DNA from: an uncultured Candidatus Entotheonella sp.
Lineage (GTDB): Bacteria > Tectomicrobia > Entotheonellia > Entotheonellales > Entotheonellaceae
DNA length: 64,000 nt
NCBI GenBank assembly: GCA_965217185.1
Contig: OZ244252.1
Coordinates: 1,280,001 to 1,344,000, forward strand
Reading direction: 5' to 3'
Each line of letters begins with the position of its first letter. Within the stretch, counting starts at the first letter, position 1. The notes beneath the pieces are model-generated. The model worked only from the letters and a program-made list of their open reading frames with translations, searched no databases and was not told where the DNA came from. Below, piece after piece: positions 60,555 through 64,000 of this stretch. A program made the translations under genes and the position numbers.

Positions 60555-61514
60555 ATGCAGGTCGACGCCTTGTCGCAGTCCAACGTCCCACTCGCCATCC
60601 AGACGACCGATCTGAGCAAGACATACGGCAAGCTGCAGGCAGTTGACCGCCTGCAGCTTGCCATCCCGGCAGGCCAATTCTTCGGCCTGCTCGGCCCCAA
60701 TGGGTCCGGCAAAACCACCACCATCCACATGTTGACTACTCTCGCCCGCCCCACGGCAGGACAGGCGAGCGTGGCCGGGCACGACGTCCTCAGGGAGAGC
60801 GTCGCGGTGCGCCGGGAGGTTGGCTTGGTCTTCCAGGAGTCGGCGCTGGATCGTACCCTGACGGTTGACGAAAACCTTCGTTTTGCAGGCATGCTGCGCA
60901 ATCTGTCCCGTGCCACCATTCGCCAGCGCAGCGACGAATTGCTGGAATTGTTCAACCTGCGCGAACGGCGCCACATGAAGGTCGCAACGCTCTCCGGTGG
61001 CATGCGGCGGGCGCTGGATATTGCCCGCGGTGTGCTGCACCGGCCTCGTGTCCTGTTTCTTGACGAACCCACCCTGGGGCTCGACGTTCCCAGCCGGCGC
61101 GGCATCTGGCGCTTCATCGAGCAGTTGCGTCGTGAGGAAGTCATGACCGTTTTCCTCACCACGCACTATCTGGAAGAGGCCGAAGCGTGCGATCAGGTTA
61201 CTTTTTTGGCCTCGGGTAGAATCATTGGTGCCGGGACGCCCGAATCCCTGGTCCGGCGGTTCGGTCCTTACGTGCTGGAAATCGACGGCACCGACCTGGA
61301 CGTGATCGCCGGGCTCTTGTCCCCCCGCCTCGGTCCCTGCCTCAAGGAAGGCGGGACCGCGAGCTTTCGCGTGCTTGACGAACAATTTTCGTTCGCCGAA
61401 TTACAGGCGGAGATTAACGACAGTGTGCAGGCGGTTCGTTGGCGGCGGCCCAACCTCAACGACGTGTTCCTGTGGGTAAACGATCCGGCCCTGAACTCGG
61501 GATTGGATATCTAA
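60555..61514 (+). CDS. ABC transporter ATPase (PedB-like)
   Basis: GPNGSGKTT, VFQESALD, LSGGMRR, LDEPT, TTHYLEEA. Confidence 0.88.
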   Translation: MQVDALSQSNVPLAIQTTDLSKTYGKLQAVDRLQLAIPAGQFFGLLGPNGSGKTTTIHMLTTLARPTAGQASVAGHDVLRESVAVRREVGLVFQESALDRTLTVDENLRFAGMLRNLSRATIRQRSDELLELFNLRERRHMKVATLSGGMRRALDIARGVLHRPRVLFLDEPTLGLDVPSRRGIWRFIEQLRREEVMTVFLTTHYLEEAEACDQVTFLASGRIIGAGTPESLVRRFGPYVLEIDGTDLDVIAGLLSPRLGPCLKEGGTASFRVLDEQFSFAELQAEINDSVQAVRWRRPNLNDVFLWVNDPALNSGLDI

Positions 61515-62305
61515 TGTGGCGACCGGTGTGGGCTTTGATCGAACGCGAGATAATGCGCATGGTGCGCCAGCGCGGCCGTCTGGTGAGCGCCCTGGTACGG
61601 CCGCTCATCTGGCTGCTGGTTATCGGCGCGGGGTTCGGCACCCTGCTGGGCGATGAGGCGTCCGACGGCTACCAGCGCTTCCTGTCGCCGGGACTTCTCG
61701 GCATGGTGATGCTGTTCGCCGCCATGCTGGTTTCGTTGTCCGTGGTGTATGACAAAGAGTTCGGCATCATGCGTCTGCTGATCATTTCTCCCCTGCCCCA
61801 CTACTGGGTGGTCATCGCCAAAACGGTCAGCGGCATGGTGGTGGCCGTTGTACAGGCGGGAGCCTTCGCCGTCCTGTTGGCCCTGATGGGATACATTGCG
61901 GGCAACGTGTCGCTGCCGCTACTGGTGCTCGGCTTGTTCGCCACGGCGCTGGCCTGTGCCAGCCTGGGGATGCTGATTGCGGTGTGGAGTTCCACCCTGG
62001 ACAATTTCGCCGTCATTATGAACTTCGTCATTTTCCCCGTTTTTTTCCTGAGCGGCGCTCTGTACCCGGTACAACAGTTGCCCGATATCCTGAAGATCGT
62101 TGCCGCCGTGAATCCGTTCACCTACGGGGTCGATCTGCTCAAGCACGCCCTCGTCAGCGGCCTTGCCCCACCCCTCGGTCCCGACTTCCCGGTGGCCGTA
62201 GACATCACGGTTCTGCTGGGTTTCGCCGTCGTCGCCATCTTTGTGGCTTGTCTGCGGTTTTCTCACGAATCCGCCGCCGGCCTGCTGGACTTTCTGCGCG
62301 GCTGA
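61514..62305 (+). CDS. ABC-2 permease (PedC-like)
   Basis: QRGRLVSALVRPLIWL, SVVYDKEFG, NFAVIMNFVIFPVFFLSGALYP. Confidence 0.88.
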   Translation: MWRPVWALIEREIMRMVRQRGRLVSALVRPLIWLLVIGAGFGTLLGDEASDGYQRFLSPGLLGMVMLFAAMLVSLSVVYDKEFGIMRLLIISPLPHYWVVIAKTVSGMVVAVVQAGAFAVLLALMGYIAGNVSLPLLVLGLFATALACASLGMLIAVWSSTLDNFAVIMNFVIFPVFFLSGALYPVQQLPDILKIVAAVNPFTYGVDLLKHALVSGLAPPLGPDFPVAVDITVLLGFAVVAIFVACLRFSHESAAGLLDFLRG

Positions 62306-62418
62306 GGGTAAGTTGTGCCGCTGCTTTGCCGTTTTGTCTGATGCAATGCCGCGCGCAGTCGTTTACCGGCTTGCAGACGTATGATTCCAATATGAAACTC
62401 CGCAAAGGAGGTAGAACC

Positions 62419-62988
62419 ATGTCTGGACTTAGACGAGCAGGACGCGCCTGGGTTTGGCTCGGCCTGATCGCGGCAACCGTTTTGGCGCTGCATCCCATGC
62501 ACGCCGATGCGGCAGACGGCCCCGCCCTTCCTCAGGGCATGCGGGCTCCGAGTGAATCCGTAACCCTTCCCGCCTTCGAGCTCCCCGATTCCGATGGCAA
62601 CGTCGTCCGTGCCGCCGACCTGCAAGGCAAGGTCGTGGTCGCACGGTTCTGGGCCACGTGGTGAGGGATCTGCCGCAGCGAGATGCCCTCCGTGCAGAGG
62701 GTACACGAAGCCTTCCCGAATGAAGATGTTGCCGTAGTCGCGATCTCCCTTGATGGCGGCGGTGTGCCGACGGTGCAGTCCTACCTTGCCAGGCATGCAT
62801 ACACCTTTCCCACGCTGGTCGATCAGAAAATGACGGTGGCCCGTGCACTTGGTGCCCGGGGCGTTCCGTATACGCTCGTGATCAACCGCGAGGGCACGGT
62901 CGTTGGCCGTGCTTCCGGACCTTTCGACCTCGACAGCGGCTCATTCCGGCAGTACCTTGCCGATCTGGCGGCCCAGCCGCGTAGCTAA
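62419..62988 (+). CDS. Secreted TlpA/ResA-like redoxin with UxxC (probable selenoprotein)
   Basis: FWATW-TGA(62662-62664)-GIC-RSEMP in one frame; GVPYTLVINREG; RBS AAGGAGG. Confidence 0.85.
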
Positions 62989-63009
62989 CGTTACACAAGG
63001 AGACTTTTT

Positions 63010-63585
63010 ATGCAGGTAATCCAACGGCACGGGCGGTTCGCAGCTGCCCTGCTGTTTGCCGCAGTGCTGGTCTGCGGCGCCCTTAGTTCTGCCTCGGCCC
63101 TCCAGGTCGGGGAGAAGGCGCCCGACTTCGCCCTGCCGGCGACCACAGCCGAAGAGATTAAGTTGTCCGATTTCATTGGCCAGAAGCACCTGGTCATTTT
63201 CTTCTACGTTGGCGCCTTTACCGGCACTTGAACGGATGAAGCGCTGGCCTTCCAACTTGACTTGCTCAAGTTCGAGGCCGCCAATGCCCAGGTACTGGGT
63301 ATCAGCGTCGATTTCAACGATGCCAACAAAGCATGGGCCGAAAAGCTCGGTCTCACCTATCCCCTGTTGAGCGACATGTCCCGCAGCATGTCGAAGGCCT
63401 ATGGCACCCTTTTCGATGACCCCGCATTGCTCGAGGGTGATGGCTTCGATCCCATCATTTACCGGCGAAATAAGCGGGTATTCATGATCATCGACAAGGA
63501 GGGCGTGGTGCGCTACAACAAGACCATGCCTATTCCGCAACTCGTTCCCAACGACGAGCTCTTGAACGTGCTCAAGGGCCTGTAG
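63010..63585 (+). CDS. Secreted AhpC/TSA peroxiredoxin-like protein with Sec at the peroxidatic position (probable selenoprotein)
   Basis: GEKAPDFAL...FFYVGAFTGT-TGA(63229-63231)-TDE...LGISVD...YPLLSD...RVFMIIDKEG in one frame. Confidence 0.85.
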
Positions 63586-63656
63586 CGGCCGTAGATATGC
63601 CCTCATTTCCCGTCCGGGGTTGGCTGGAACGTTTTGCGCCGGCCCCGGCGGTTTCG

Positions 63657-64000
63657 TTAAACAGGTCGATGAAAGACCGGCAAGACGTTTTCGATGTAAG
63701 CCTCGAACGCCTCCCAATCAATGGGCGCACGGAAGGCGATGTTCAATCCCTCGGCGCCCGCCTCCATGTATTCCCCGATGCGATCAATGACTTCCTGTGC
63801 CGTGCCGGTAAGCGCACCCTGACGGCGGTCAGGGGCCATTTTTTCCAGTCGTTCTCTCGCCTTTTCGGCACCGGCCGCGTCGGCAGCCATGAGAAAATGC
63901 AGATTGACGCTGCGCGTGATGCCGGCGGGGTCCCGGCCCAGTTTGTCGCAGGCGATCTCCAACTGTTCCATCCGTTGACGAAACTCTGCCGGTGACACGT
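63657..64000 (-). CDS. LLM-class oxidoreductase, C-terminal part (truncated by the window edge)
   Basis: ACDKLGRDPAGI, LTGTAQEVIDRIGEYMEAGA, ENVLP. Confidence 0.75.
   Translation of the reverse strand, partial: VSPAEFRQRMEQLEIACDKLGRDPAGITRSVNLHFLMAADAAGAEKARERLEKMAPDRRQGALTGTAQEVIDRIGEYMEAGAEGLNIAFRAPIDWEAFEAYIENVLPVFHRPV

Noticed and set aside
62662..63231. Treating the two redoxins as pseudogenes or four small ORFs
   Set aside because: Both stops are UGA at the catalytic Cys position with intact downstream frames
1..64000. tRNA, rRNA, transposase or integrase genes
   Set aside because: None recognised by eye; a covariance-model search would be needed to exclude small RNAs such as selC

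Overview
GC-rich bacterial window. The gene content (luciferase-like monooxygenases, PQQ enzymes, a giant Calx-beta surface protein, UGA-containing redoxins) is reminiscent of sponge-associated Tectomicrobia/'Entotheonella'-like bacteria, but that is inference only. Left part (1-17.5 kb): a flavin-dependent halogenase/LLM/P450/hydrolase group, gpmI, a small defence-like island (HEPN pair, ABC-ATPase + TOPRIM pair), housekeeping oxidoreductases and pyrC. From ~17.6 kb to ~63.6 kb is a large PQQ/lanthanide-type oxidation region. It holds a DUF58-VWA-TPR-VWA module, an atypical PQQ dehydrogenase (lanthanide-type D-Y-D motif, no vicinal Cys-Cys) with a cytochrome c, and a two-component system. It also has a Znu-type ABC transporter whose permease is fused to an acidic outer-membrane barrel, with His ligands apparently replaced by Asp/Glu (candidate new lanthanide uptake system). 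Further genes are PedA1/PedA2-like proteins, a Rieske + cytochrome c-XoxJ fusion operon, xoxF-xoxJ-xoxG, pqqBCDE, PedB/PedC-like ABC subunits, and two tandem secreted redoxins with in-frame UGA at the catalytic Cys position (probable selenoproteins). A ~14-kb, very GC-rich Calx-beta/autotransporter-like gene broken by two frameshifts interrupts the region. All assignments come from motif recognition; no searches were run.
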